A stretch of 64,000 nt of DNA from Hyaloraphidium curvatum SAG 235-1 (taxonomy: Eukaryota > Fungi > Monoblepharomycota): NCBI GenBank assembly GCA_025558095.1, contig JAIVFI010000014.1:310001-374000 (forward strand), given 5' to 3'. The notes under the pieces were generated by a model. That model was not told the DNA's origin. It did not search any database and worked only from the letters and a program-made list of their open reading frames with translations. This document shows positions 49,839 to 64,000 of this stretch, in pieces (the first letter of the stretch is position 1; every line of letters begins with the position of its first letter). Position numbers and translations under genes: made by a program.

Positions 49839-50996
49839 TCACCGCTGTTCGAAGAAAGATAGCTTGGCCTCAGGCAGCCCCTCCAAGTCGCGCTCCAGCA
49901 GGCCCGAGTTGAAGTCCTCCTTGGCGTAGATTGACTGTAGCGCAGCCCTCGCGGCCTTCACAACTGGCTCGTCAACACGCTCCAAACGAGGGGCCATATG
50001 GCTCACCCTTGTCTCCGCCATATGAAGGGAGCTCCCGACCCCTTCACCGAGCTTTGCCTGGCCAGAGTAGATGCCAACAACGAAAACCGGCGCGTGCGTT
50101 CGGCGCCCGCTCTCTTCGAGTATCCTGGTGTCCCATCACGGCCGAAGAAACCTGTAAGCACCGCGCGGCCCCGGGGCAATACTGGGGGCTCACCGCGACA
50201 CTGGTGCTTCCATCTTCCTCAGCTTCAGTGACGCCGCCAGAACTCGCTTCGGTTCAGCCACCCGCTTCATCAGGAGGCCAAAGTCGAGCTTCCTCGACAG
50301 CATGAACCGCTCTACAAACACGCGCGCCGCCTGGGAGCCTTGAGTGGCGAGCGCAGCCCCAACGATGGCGTACACGGTGCGCGAAATAGCCATATTCTCC
50401 TTCGTTCTCGAATTGTCCTGGTGGTGACAGTGTCAAGTCTCCCGAAGCCCGGATCGGAATCGGCAAACTTACCCCGTATGGGAGCCACGAGATCAGCTTT
50501 TCGACGCCGAGCGACCTTCCAACGGATGCCATCGCCGGAGCACCGACGAACGCCTCCACGGCAGACTCCAGTTGGTTTGCCGGAAGCTGCGGGTACTTGG
50601 ATAGCAGGTGCCGCGCCGCGAGGAAATTGACAAAGTGCGCTCCTGGGGGTCCCTTGAGCACAGCTCCTCTAGTCCGCCCCTTTGATGCCTACCGAGGACT
50701 TTGTACCGCTCGTGATCGGATTGCGAAGATTGGATGGAGGACTTCACGGGCAGAACCGCGACCATGACCTCCGCGGGCACGTCCAAACCGACGCGGGCCT
50801 GGAAAGTGACCAGCTCCGGTCGCACGGGGTGTGCAGGGCTCGAGAAACTCCGCCGCAATGCCGCCGCGGGGAGGCGCGAGGCCTGCGAGGTGGCGAAGGC
50901 GGGACACCGACGCGACTGTCCGAGCGCGCATCGCGTCGCGGACGGTGCCGAAGCGATCGCCGCGGCATCCATCGCGAAAGCCAGGCGGGAAACCAT
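49839..50996 (-). CDS. Mitochondrial ribosomal protein mL44 (RNase III-like plus dsRBD), multi-exon
   Basis: Presequence-like N-terminus; HLLSKYPQLP, VYAIVGA...ARVFVERFMLSR, EPKRVL and PVFVVGIYSG..LGEGVGSSLHMAETRAARAAL. Confidence 0.85.
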
Positions 50997-51113
50997 TCCG
51001 GCCAAGTGCCCCGGGGTCGGCATCGGTCAGACGGGCGGCAGAGGATGTAGTGATCGACGCCGCGCGGCGCAAATACAAGAACGACAACCGAGAGCAAAGC
51101 TGCGGCCTTTACG

Positions 51114-51703
51114 ATGAAGAAACCGCCAAAGGCCGGAGATGAAGGGGAGCTAAGGGATGCTATAGCGCAGATTCTCGGAAAGCCGCTTCCGAAGAAACAG
51201 GTTTGGCTCGCCGCCTCCCGATGCGGGTCGAGCTCACTAGCTGGTCCCCAAGGGCGACGTGGTGCTCCGCAGCTCTGCCGCGGAACGGGTACTGGACGAG
51301 AAGAAGTTGGAGGCAAAGGCGAAAAAGGCTCTCGCTGCCGAAAAGAAGCGTGCGGCAGCCAGCAAGCGCCTAGGTCTGGCGAGCAGCAGCGCCGAAAAGG
51401 AGAAAGCGCTGAGGAAGACGGCAACGAAAGGAGGTACGGACTGTTTCTTGGCACACGGACCACCTTCTATAGCTCATACTCCGCGAAGTCGTTCGGCTGT
51501 TTAATGCTCTGCGCGAGGCGCAGCAGGCTCACGGGGCGCCGAGGTCTAGGGAAGGAGCTTCTGAAGCTTCGGCTTCCACGAAACAGGCCATCCCCGTGGA
51601 GAAGTTTTTCGATCTTTTCGGCGGCAATGGGAAGCCGGGCCATGAGGCACAGGAAGAGCACAACATGGAAGCCGACGACGTTTCCCTGAGCGACGAGGAT
51701 TGA
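51114..51703 (+). CDS. RRP15: Pre-rRNA processing protein Rrp15, 3 exons
   Basis: DAIAQIL...KLEAKAKK...EKALRKTATKG|VVRLFNAL; acidic tail ending SDED*. Confidence 0.8.
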
Positions 51704-51707
51704 GCCA

Positions 51708-53754
51708 TCAATCGTTCGGCACAAGATTGCGGATCTCGGCCAGGTGCATCCTCGTGGCGAGCCGCTGGAACGCCATCGAGGGAACGTGTCCTTGCCGCTG
51801 CGGATACCATCGGCTGGTGGATATCATGTGGTCCCTCTCCGCGGCCATGAAGCTCTGACGGGTGCTGTACGACACATCGAACGTCCGCGTGTTTGAATTC
51901 GTCATCCCTGGAGCGATTTCGTCATTGTCGCGGACAGACAAGGACACGTGCAACGCTTACCGGTGACGCCGGTTGCCACGCTGATCATGCTCTGGGCATC
52001 TTCGTCGTCGAATCCGTCGAAGAGCCGGCAGTCGTCTTCGTTCCCGCGCCAGCTCATCGAAACCGGATCCCAAACCATGTTTCCGACCGTTTGCGGCGTT
52101 TTGGCACTCGCCCCGAAGTTGGTGATGAGCGCTGGCCTCAGAGGCGGCGGCACCGGGTCGAAGTCGCGCAAGACATCCTCGTTGCCCTCCCACTTCTGGA
52201 GATCGGGGTTCCATCTCATTTCCCCGATGACTGCGGTGAAGGTCAGGGGAGCATCAGGACTGCGGGATCGGCCACGTGCCTTTGACGGTGTTTGCGGAGC
52301 CGAGGTTCTGGATGAGCTCGGGTTTCTTTGCCTTCTGTAGAGTTTGCGAACGGGTCAACACGGAACTTTCGTCGCGAATTCGGTTACTTGCTACCTTGTT
52401 GGGCTGCTTGCTGCTCGTCTTGACCGGTTCCTTCATCTTGGCCAGGAAAGATGCCGTCGGCGCGGTGAGCGATGAACGGTTGTCCATCCTCCGGGTGCCA
52501 ATCGGTCCAGCTGCTCCGGTTCGAATGAGTTGGCAAGGAGGAACCGAAAGCGCGACACCTACCGGTCCCCGGCCGGCCGTCGCTGCGCTTGCCATCCTCG
52601 CGGTCCCTCTTGCCCAATGTTGGAAGCCTTGGAGCCGTCTTGAACCTGACTTCCTGATCATCCGAAACGACAAGGTCGTCGATGTCGTCCAGCTCCGTCG
52701 GTTCCATGCGCCCGAGTGCCGGCAGCGACACGGCGATTGTGGGGACTTCGTGAACGGGAACCGCAGCAACAGCCAGTAGCGGAGCATCGAGAGTGGGAGC
52801 CGGTGCCGCAGCCCGGTTACCCGCATGCCACTGAGCGGCATGTGCCAACGCGTCGTCGGACAGCTCGAGGTCGTCAAACATGTCCGTGTCGTCCTGCATC
52901 TGCGGGGCAACGACAGCGGCTTGCTTGGAGGGGGCAACCGACGCTTGCTGAAGCCTGATCTGCAGGCCGTTTTCTTCGTGGCCAAACGATTCGGGAAACT
53001 CCAGGTCCGCCAGCATGTCCTCGGCGTCAAAGTCAGCGTTGCTTGCCGCGGTGCCGTGACTTGGAGCGGGGCTGTATAGCATGCGGCGCAAGGCTTGAGG
53101 GACCCCGCTGGGCCTGGATCCATCGCTCGCGGCCCCGTCGAAAAAGGCGTCCAGGCTCGCCGAGCTGGCATCCCTGCCCGGCATGCGCTGCACGTGCAGC
53201 GGACGGCTGGCGTGTGAGGCCGAATCCGAGAAGTCGAAATCCTCGCCAAAGTTTGACGTCGACGAGCCCACGCTTCGCAGTGCGTTGCCGCGCGCGGACG
53301 CACTGTCGAGCAGATCCGCGGAGGAACCCTCGCTCGAAAGCTGGGGGTGGTGGGCTTCAGCTGGCTTCCGCGGTGCGTCGGTCCGGGGCGTGTCGTCGTC
53401 GGGCAGCAGGGTCATTGAAATGGAGGGGATCAGGGATACGTGCGTGGTGTCTGCCGAGGGCAGGTCGCCGACGTCCGAGCCGGGCCCGTCCGCGGGGACC
53501 GCGGGAGGGGGCTCCGCGGGGTGCTGCACCTCGGTTGCTTTCTGCTCCCCGCGGCCCTCGGGCCCCTCTGCGGGCGACATGCCAACCACACCGGCGTCGG
53601 CGGCGTGCTGGCCGTGCTCGTGCGAGTCGCCGTGCGCGCCGGGGGCCGCGGAGCCCGTGCCGGCGGCGTCGCCCGCGAGCGCGCGCGACAGCGGCAGCCT
53701 CAGCGGGAGCCCCGCCTCGGGTATCTCGAGGTCGTCGAACGAGTCGTCGGCCAT
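51708..53754 (-). CDS. Byr4/Bfa1-like SIN/MEN GAP scaffold, multi-exon
   Basis: C-terminal imperfect repeats MRWNPDLQKWEGNEDVLRDF...RPALITN...MVWDPVSMSWRG; acidic N-terminal D-F repeats. Confidence 0.8.
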
Positions 53755-53881
53755 GGCGGACTGCGGGCGCGAGAGATTCGGCGGGCAGTGGGTCGCGGGA
53801 AACTACGCGCGAACTCATCACACCGCGGGCCGGCGAACCAGCAGTGCCCGCCACCACGGCGGCCCCGCGCAGACCGGCCAG

Positions 53882-54401
53882 ATGGCCAGCCTCACGCCGA
53901 CGCAGCGTACGTCGCCCATCGCCCGCCCCGGCCGCGCTGACGCGCCGCAGGACATGTGCTGCGGCTGTACCGGCGCGCGCTGAAGCTCACGTTCGACTGG
54001 TACCCGGTCATCTCCGTCTTCCGGGAGAAGCAGTTCATCATGCGCCAGCTGTTCGAGCAGAACAGGAACGTGGCCTCGCCGCAACAGCAGCAGCTGCTGA
54101 TCGAGCAGGCCGAGGGCCTGCTCGTCAAATACCGCTACCACATTCCCTACGCCAGTAGGTGCCCGCATCGCGGCCCGCGGGCCCCGCTGACCGGCCCGGC
54201 GCCATCCCAGACCCTCACTCTCCCGACGGCACGAAATGGGAGCGGAATCTGCCGCCGCCAGCAAAGGTGCGCCGTTCCGTCTCCCCCGCCGGCTCCACCT
54301 TCACACACCGCACCTGGCGCCCCCAGATTGTTCAGGACGGGTTTGGCAACTACGCCAATAAGAACCCATTGGCACCGGTAGACGACCATGGTCACCACTG
54401 A
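53882..54401 (+). CDS. Complex I accessory subunit NDUFB9/B22 (LYR family), 4 exons
   Basis: VLRLYRRALK..FDW...RQLFEQNRN...PY..P..PDGTKWERN. Confidence 0.88.
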
Positions 54402-54428
54402 GCTCAAGCACAATACAACAAGCTAAAG

Positions 54429-57437
<3,009 letters not shown>

Positions 57438-57801
57438 CTTGGAATTCGGGACGAGGAGGAGTTGGGTCGGTCGTCCCGATCACTCGATCGTTCCACTCGG
57501 CCTTTGAAAGCAGATCCGGCATTCCCGCATCAGTGATGGGCTCGCGACTGGACGGACATCGGCATCGTCGGGTGGACGTGGCGGTCGGCGGGTCGTGGTT
57601 CCGCGAGCCCAATAGACGGGACTCCCCACATCTGGCCCGGGCGTCTCCGAGTCTTCCATGCCGAGCTGCACACCAACGCGATGCGACGTGTCCTCGGGCG
57701 CAATTGTATCGTTCGGGCCTTGTTTTCTGCAAACGTGTCTCTCCCAAGTGGCTGTCTCGCCAGCGCAAGTGCTGGGTCACTGCAGTTCGCGCACGTGGAG
57801 C

Positions 57802-57872
57802 ACGCGTCTCAACTTTTGCCGGGCCGCAACTGCTTTCCGGTTTCCAACAATCAGGCTCCCGGCACTACGCGT
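57802..57872. promoter_or_regulatory. Two MCB-like ACGCGT sites about 0.4 kb upstream of MCM5
   Basis: ACGCGT at 57802-57807 and 57867-57872. MCB control of MCM genes is established in fungi, but this hexamer is common in GC-rich DNA. Confidence 0.3.
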
Positions 57873-58331
57873 GCGCGAAGGAGGCGTCCCTTGCCAATTG
57901 CTTTTACATCCTGGCAAACTCGGCCCCATGAATTCTTACCCTCAAGACGAGTTTGGAACAGATTCTCCGCGCATGGGAGGACTAGATCCCCGACATCTTA
58001 TGTTGACTAACCCCGATCCGCGGCTGGGGAAGTCAGATGCGCGGCCGTGGGGTGATCGGAGGCTTGCCGTCGACGGCAACTGCAGTATGGGCATCGGGTC
58101 CCCCCGGGCAGCACGCCCAGTTGCGACCTGCGGGATAAGTGGGATGGTGAGAGCGACAGATTCCCGTCGAACCGTGGTCCATTTCCTTGCTATGAGAAGT
58201 CCCTAGTAGATGAACCCTCTGGGCATGTGTACCCAAGTATCCCCATACCCAGTAGACTTCCTATTGAAACAGAATCGTAGCAACACACACTCCAACACAT
58301 ACAGCTCGCAATGGTTAGGTTGGTTGCCGGG

Positions 58332-58850
58332 GGGAGGATCAGGAGCGGATGGTTAGCTTGCTGGCTTTGTTCTTTGCAGACGACACCACTTTGATCTCGA
58401 AGGCGGTGAAGAATGCCAAGATGCAGCTGGATCTTTTGTCTGCATATGCCAGTGCCAATGGGCTGGAGATCAACGTCAGCAAAACAGAGTGGATGGCCAG
58501 GAAGATACCTCATCGTGTAAAGCTCATGTACAGGGGCCACGAGCTGAAGAGGGTCGACAGCTTCAAGCTTCTGGGGTACCAGCTCACGTCATTTTGGCGG
58601 AGCAAGGACCATGTGCATGGCAGGGAGGCTAAGATGAACGCTGCTTATGGGCTCTGGCTCCGCGACATCCGGGAGCAGCCTGGGATGAGTCCTGACCTCC
58701 AACTCAAGCTCTACAACATGAAGGTCAAGGCAGTGGGCCAAGACGCACGGGAACCCGTTCATTGTTGAGATGCCGAAGGAGGAGTACCTTCCGGGGAAAG
58801 CACCAGGGACAAAGCGACATGCATGGCTGTCCCTTCGTGTCTGTCACTCA
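58332..58850 (+). repeat. Near-identical 519-bp direct duplication of 60156-60674
   Basis: Constant 1824-bp offset; one mismatch noticed (caccag vs caccac). Confidence 0.92.
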
Positions 58851-59325
58851 TCAGCCCAAGTCTACCTCGTTGGCTGCCCTGTATGCGATCACTAGCCAGT
58901 ACCCTCTTGCAGTTCATGACCGCCATGATGAGTCGGCCCTCAAGTTCCTCATGCGCATCAAAACCGCTACCCCTGATTATACCTGCTCTACAAGGGGCTC
59001 AAGACCGAGGCACTGAAGGGATCGGAACTGGGGTGCCTTCCTGAGGGAACTACTTGTATACTACGGTGGAGAGGAGGGGAGGGAGATGTGGGAGAAGGAC
59101 ACTTTTTCATGGGCCAAAGAGACTGTGAGAATCTTGTGAAGAGCAAGTAGGGAGATCAATAATGTCCAAAAGCTCAAGGACAACGACGAACTGCACGTCT
59201 GGAGGATGTGACATGACCTTTGGTCACATTCCCACCGTCGTTGATCCGGGTGGAGAAGACGGGAGGGACATCCAGAAGCTGCTCTGCTCTACCCACGACC
59301 TGGAGGTGGAGACAGGCAGGCACCA
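58332..59325 (+). mobile_element. Decayed LINE fragment: RT C-terminal half plus 3' domain, frameshifted
   Basis: LFFADD, GLEINVSKTE and FKLLGY; continues with decayed homology to 61785-62702. Confidence 0.9.
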
Positions 59326-60674
59326 CGGAGCGGGTACGCCACATGGAGATGGTGGCCAGCACCAAGTACGTGACCAAGATCGAGGAAGACCCCAGCAGGC
59401 TCACGTTCCCACCACTTCCCAAGGCTATGGTCACGCCTCCTGGGAACCTGCTGCGCCCCATCACCCTCAAGGAGCTCGAGAAGGTCCTGAAGAAGGCTCC
59501 TAACGGCAGGGCAGCGGATGAGGATGGGATCAGGCTCGAGTTCAAGTACGGGACCACTGTGCTGAAGCAAGCTGTGGTCGATCTGCTCAACGACGTGCTC
59601 AATGGTCAAGATGGATGACTGGGGCCAGACACTGCTGGTAATGCTACACAAGAAGGGGCCCAAGAACGTGGCTGGCAACTACAGGGGGATCAGCATAGAG
59701 AGGATGCTGGAGGAGGTCTTTTCCCTGGTCTGGAATGCTCGGCTAGCTCCCTGGGCCGAGTGCAACAGCTGCTGGAAGGCTCGCACTTTGGATTCTGTGC
59801 ATGCAGGTCGACCCTTCATGCAGCATTCCTTGCTGAGGCGCTCTTCTCCTTGGCCAAGTAAGGCACGCAAGGAGAAGCTGATCATAGTGTTTGTAGATTT
59901 CACAAAGGCTTTTGACACGGTGGAGCCCCCGAGGTTGTGGAAGAAACTGGAGGAGATGTGTGTGCCCAAACAGAGGTGTGGGAAGGCTCCGGGATGAGGA
60001 CGGGACCAAGTCGGACTTCATCAAGTTCCTGACTGGAGTGAAGCAGGGGGACCCCATCTCATCACTGTTGTTCATCTTGTTCATCTATGACATCACTGCT
60101 TTCATGGAGGCCAATGGTGCAAAAGGGATGGATCTGGGCATGGTGATTGAGGAGCGGGAGGATCAGGAGCGGATGGTTAGCTTGCTGGCTTTGTTCTTTG
60201 CAGACGACACCACTTTGATCTCGAAGGCGGTGAAGAATGCCAAGATGCAGCTGGATCTTTTGTCTGCATATGCCAGTGCCAATGGGCTGGAGATCAACGT
60301 CAGCAAAACAGAGTGGATGGCCAGGAAGATACCTCATCGTGTAAAGCTCATGTACAGGGGCCACGAGCTGAAGAGGGTCGACAGCTTCAAGCTTCTGGGG
60401 TACCAGCTCACGTCATTTTGGCGGAGCAAGGACCATGTGCATGGCAGGGAGGCTAAGATGAACGCTGCTTATGGGCTCTGGCTCCGCGACATCCGGGAGC
60501 AGCCTGGGATGAGTCCTGACCTCCAACTCAAGCTCTACAACATGAAGGTCAAGGCAGTGGGCCAAGACGCACGGGAACCCGTTCATTGTTGAGATGCCGA
60601 AGGAGGAGTACCTTCCGGGGAAAGCACCACGGACAAAGCGACATGCATGGCTGTCCCTTCGTGTCTGTCACTCA
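59326..60674 (+). mobile_element. Decayed LINE fragment containing the RT core, frameshifted
   Basis: GRAADEDGI, LHKKG...NYRGIS, FVDFTKAFDTV, GVKQGDPISSLLF and FFADD. Confidence 0.92.
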
Positions 60675-60689
60675 AGTTCATCGTCCACC

Positions 60690-63097
60690 ATGTACAACCC
60701 CCCGAAGATCATGGCTCAGAGGGAGCTCCGGAACCTCCAAAGCGGCTCATTGGGCCGCTTGAGAGTCTTGGAGCAACCTCTGGGCGCTGCGAGGTCTCGT
60801 GCTTCTCAGCGCCACCCCGCGAGCGAGTCTGGCGCGAAGACCCCAGCGCCAGACACACCGCCCCCCCGGGAACCCTCGCAACCCCCTATATCACCCACCA
60901 AACGTATCGGCGGACCACCGCGGGCAACAGCGGGGCCAACGCCCGCCGGTTGTGCCGAGATTCGGGTCGACAACACGACGGCGGTTGCGGGGCCAAACAA
61001 CCAACCGCCCCGAATCTCCCCTCGACTACCCGGCTCCGCCCGGCGGCCGACCGTCCGCACTTCAGTTCAAAGGCTGAGCGTTACTCCCGTCAAGAATGGA
61101 GGAGCGGATCAAATCGCGGAGCTCGCGGACGGGATGCGCGACATGCGGTCTCGCCTGGACGCTCAGGAAGCGCTCATTGGAGCCCAGAGCGCGCAGCTTC
61201 TAGACGTGATGGCGACAATTCGCGCGCAAGAAGCGCGGATAAGCGAGCTGGAGAAGGCCAACCGCTAGTCGGAGGTCCGCCTCGACCGCAAGCTGGATGC
61301 GATGAAGGCACTCGCCGACATGGCCAAGGTTCACGCCGATAACACGCAGCGGGCCGCGATCGAGACGAAAAAGATCGAGGAAGCACTTCTGCTCGCCGAA
61401 GAAGCGCCCGCGGGAAAGGGGTGGACCACAACTCGGAAGAGGGGCCCGCGGAGGCCGACTACCGCCGCTCCTATCGCCGAGCCGGACCCTTGGGCCGTCG
61501 GACCACAAACGCCCGAAGAGCGCGATCAAGAGCGTGCCATAAAGGAGACGCTCGCGTGCAAAGGGAGGATCCGCCGGGCGCCCGAAAGTGCGAAGACCGG
61601 AGAAGGTGCCCGTGACCTCCTCAAGCGCTGCGCCCTCGACCTGCCGCACAACCACAAGGACCGTGAGGCGCTCGTCCAGCGGACCGATGCGCTCAAGGAG
61701 ATCAATAGAATAGTATAGAATAGAATAGTATTGGTGACCCGGACCTGCCCCTGGCTTGGCCGCTGTTACACCATGAGTTTGCTGCTAATTGCAAAGTTCA
61801 TCGTCGTCGTGTGTCTTTTTCATTTTCCCAGTTTTCCTGTCCTTCATGGACTTTGAGATGAAGCTGGCAATGGAGTTGAGGGCCTTCTCCTTCTGCCGCC
61901 TCGCTTTGATCGTGGGCTCGAACTCCTTGATGCTAAGAGCCCAGAGCCAGGTCTCCATGTTGCACTCGCGGCCTAGTGCTTCCAATCTAGTCTGCAGCTT
62001 CTGGCGCCGCTCCGCATTTGCTGAACAGTGAAACAGAAAGTGTTGTTCGTCTCCAATGTGCTCAGGGTCATGCTTGCACGTTCTCTGCTGCACCTCAAGT
62101 CCTTGGTGCCTGCCTATCTCCACCTCCAGGTCGTGGGTAGAGCACAGCAACTTTTGGACATCCCTCCGGTGCTTCTCCACCCGGATCAGGGACGGTCCGA
62201 TGTGGCCAAAGGTCATGTCACACATCCTCCAAAAGTGCAGTTTGTCGTTGTCCTTGAGCCTCTGGGCATTGATCTCCCTGAACTTGCCCTCCACAAGATT
62301 CTCCACAGTCTCCTTGGGCCATGAGACAGTGTCCTTCTCCCACATCTCCTTCCCATCTTCGCCACCATAGTATACAAGTAGTTCCCTCAGGAAGGCAGCC
62401 CAGTTCCAGGACCCCTTCAGTGCCTCGATCTTGAGCTCTTTGTAAAGTAGGTACAGCGCAGGATCCGCTGTTTTGATGCGCATGAGGAACTTGAGTGCCG
62501 ACTCGTGGTCATGAACTGCAAGGGGGTACTGGCCAGTGATCGCATACAGACAGGCCAGGGAGGTAGACTTGGGCAGATGAGTGACGGCACGAAGAGCCAT
62601 GCATGTCACTTTGTCCCTGGTGCTTTCCCCGGCAAGGTACTCCTCCTTCGGCATCTCAACAATGAACGGGTTCCCATATTGGCCCACTGCCTTGACCTTC
62701 ATGTTGTAGAGCTTGAGTTGGAGATCGTGGTGGACAAGTGGTACCTCACGGGAAGTCGCACCTTGACCTCCAGCTCACGTTCTCGACCGAGGAGGACCGC
62801 GAGACGCTCATACGGCTCAACGAGGCTGGAGCCCTGAAGCACCTGGCTGCGTACGCGAGTCGCGAGAAGACGTGGATGCAGAAAAACCGGTCTACTGCGC
62901 AGTACCACCTGGTCCAGCAGATGGAGAAGGATGGGATTCCCTTCCGCCGCGACGGCCCGAAGATCGTCTACACGCCGCCGGAAACAGGCCTGGAAACGAC
63001 GCTCACCATGGAAAAGATCGAAGCAAAGTCACGCGAGCTTTGGGAGACGCGCCAGACTGCACGCGCGAACGCTGGAGAGCGTGTTGCGCGCGGCTAG
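60690..63097 (+). mobile_element. LINE ORF1 (P-rich plus coiled-coil), with an in-frame TAG at 61266, split by an inverted LINE insertion
   Basis: Coiled-coil segment IAELADGMRDMRSRLDAQEALI...ISELEKAN. The frame resumes across GGAGATC at 61697-61703/62720-62726 and lies directly upstream of the APE ORF. Confidence 0.7.
61704..62719 (-). mobile_element. 5'-truncated LINE 3' end inserted in reverse orientation, with a (CTATT)n-like tail and 7-bp TSD
   Basis: Open 305-aa ORF with HDLEVEIGRH...RTCKHD...DEQHFLFHC; ~55-nt 3'UTR; tail at 61704-61730; flanking GGAGATC direct repeats. Confidence 0.9.
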
Positions 63098-64000
63098 GAA
63101 AACGAGACTCGGACATGCCTCAGGATACTGTACCAAAACGTCGAGCGGAAGCTCGAGAAGAGCCTCTTTATACGTGAGCTGCTGCTACACATTGTAGAGT
63201 ACGATATCGTCGTTTTCGCTGAAGCAAGGTGGACGGGCAAAGGCGAGAAGCGGACTTGGGAGGAGCATATGAGCAACAACGACATCCGCGCAGAGGTTGC
63301 CGCGGTACTGGAAACGTTCGAGGTTTATGAGAAGAGCTGCTCGGAGCATGGTGGAGGAGGGTTGACGGTCTTTGTGCGAAAGGAGCTACCGCACACCGTA
63401 CGGACAGACTTGGACCCGATCCTGGACGTCGTGCAGATCCAAGTCGGCGGAGTGAACGTGCTGGGGGCGTACATACCGCCAACGCCAACGCAGGACATAG
63501 TCACGCAGGACGAGATGTGGTCGAGGTTCTCAGGGATTGTGGCTGGGTGCGACATGCCGATCGTGATCGGGGACCTGAACGCACATGTGGGGATAAGCGA
63601 GGCAAACAGCGACGTGCGTGGCACGAGCTTCGGAAAGCGTGTAATCCGGTCGGAGCAGCGCACGGATCGGAGGGGGAAACAGCTACTTGCACTGTGCCAC
63701 GAGGAGGAGCTGGTGATCCTGAACAGGCGCCTTGAGCCGGGGGCAACAACTCGCGCAGGAAAGGATGGCGAGCGGGACAGCACCTTGGACTACGCAATCG
63801 TGCCGCAGAGCCCCTACGGGACGGTCACCCAGCTTGCATTTGTGAAGGAAGGCTGGGTCGTCACCTCAGACCACATGGCCCTGAGCCTGACCATCAAGGC
63901 CAACCTCGTGCGACCAGCTGCGAAGGAGAACAAGGCGCACTGCAAACCCGTGCCGTGCGACTTCCACTTCCTCGCAATAATGCGAAACCTCTACGACGAG
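63098..64000 (+). mobile_element. LINE ORF2 N-terminal APE endonuclease, open to the window end
   Basis: LRILYQNV, DIVVFAEARW, GGGLTVFVRK, GAYIPP, IGDLNAHVG, TLDYAIV and SDH. Confidence 0.92.

Overview
This is eukaryotic, GC-rich genomic DNA, most likely a fungus from an early-diverging lineage (inferred from a CLN-type cyclin, Byr4, an Sfc3-type TFIIIC subunit and many ~50-70 nt spliceosomal introns with loose GTNNGT donors). Bases 1-57.4 kb hold ~28 tightly packed multi-exon housekeeping genes: TFIIIC B-block subunit, mitochondrial carrier, thiolase, cyclin, thioesterase, NAXD, SHOC1/Zip2-like, YPT1, HEM3, class I aldolase, RPL12, uL10m, MED18, COX15, NOP15, CRM1, WDR26/GID7, eIF4A, LIMR, an orphan coiled-coil gene, PRP9, a CHY zinc finger, PP2A-B56, mL44, RRP15, Byr4, NDUFB9 and MCM5. 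From 58.3 kb to the end is a nest of fragmented, duplicated and self-inserted APE-type LINE copies. Highlights: (1) a bacterial-type thiolase that has gained five introns and a PTS1 (-AKL), set in a repeat-bracketed gene-poor island; (2) a bacterial-type class I aldolase with three introns; (3) a diverged copy of the RPL12 last exon 800 bp downstream, with mostly synonymous changes and an in-phase cryptic exon; (4) a LINE ORF2 in frame with ORF1 behind one TAG and lacking an in-frame ATG; (5) a meiotic SHOC1/Zip2-like gene starting 41 nt after the NAXD stop; (6) at least five GC-AG introns. CDS coordinates span introns and were traced by eye. Family calls come from recalled motifs, not database searches.
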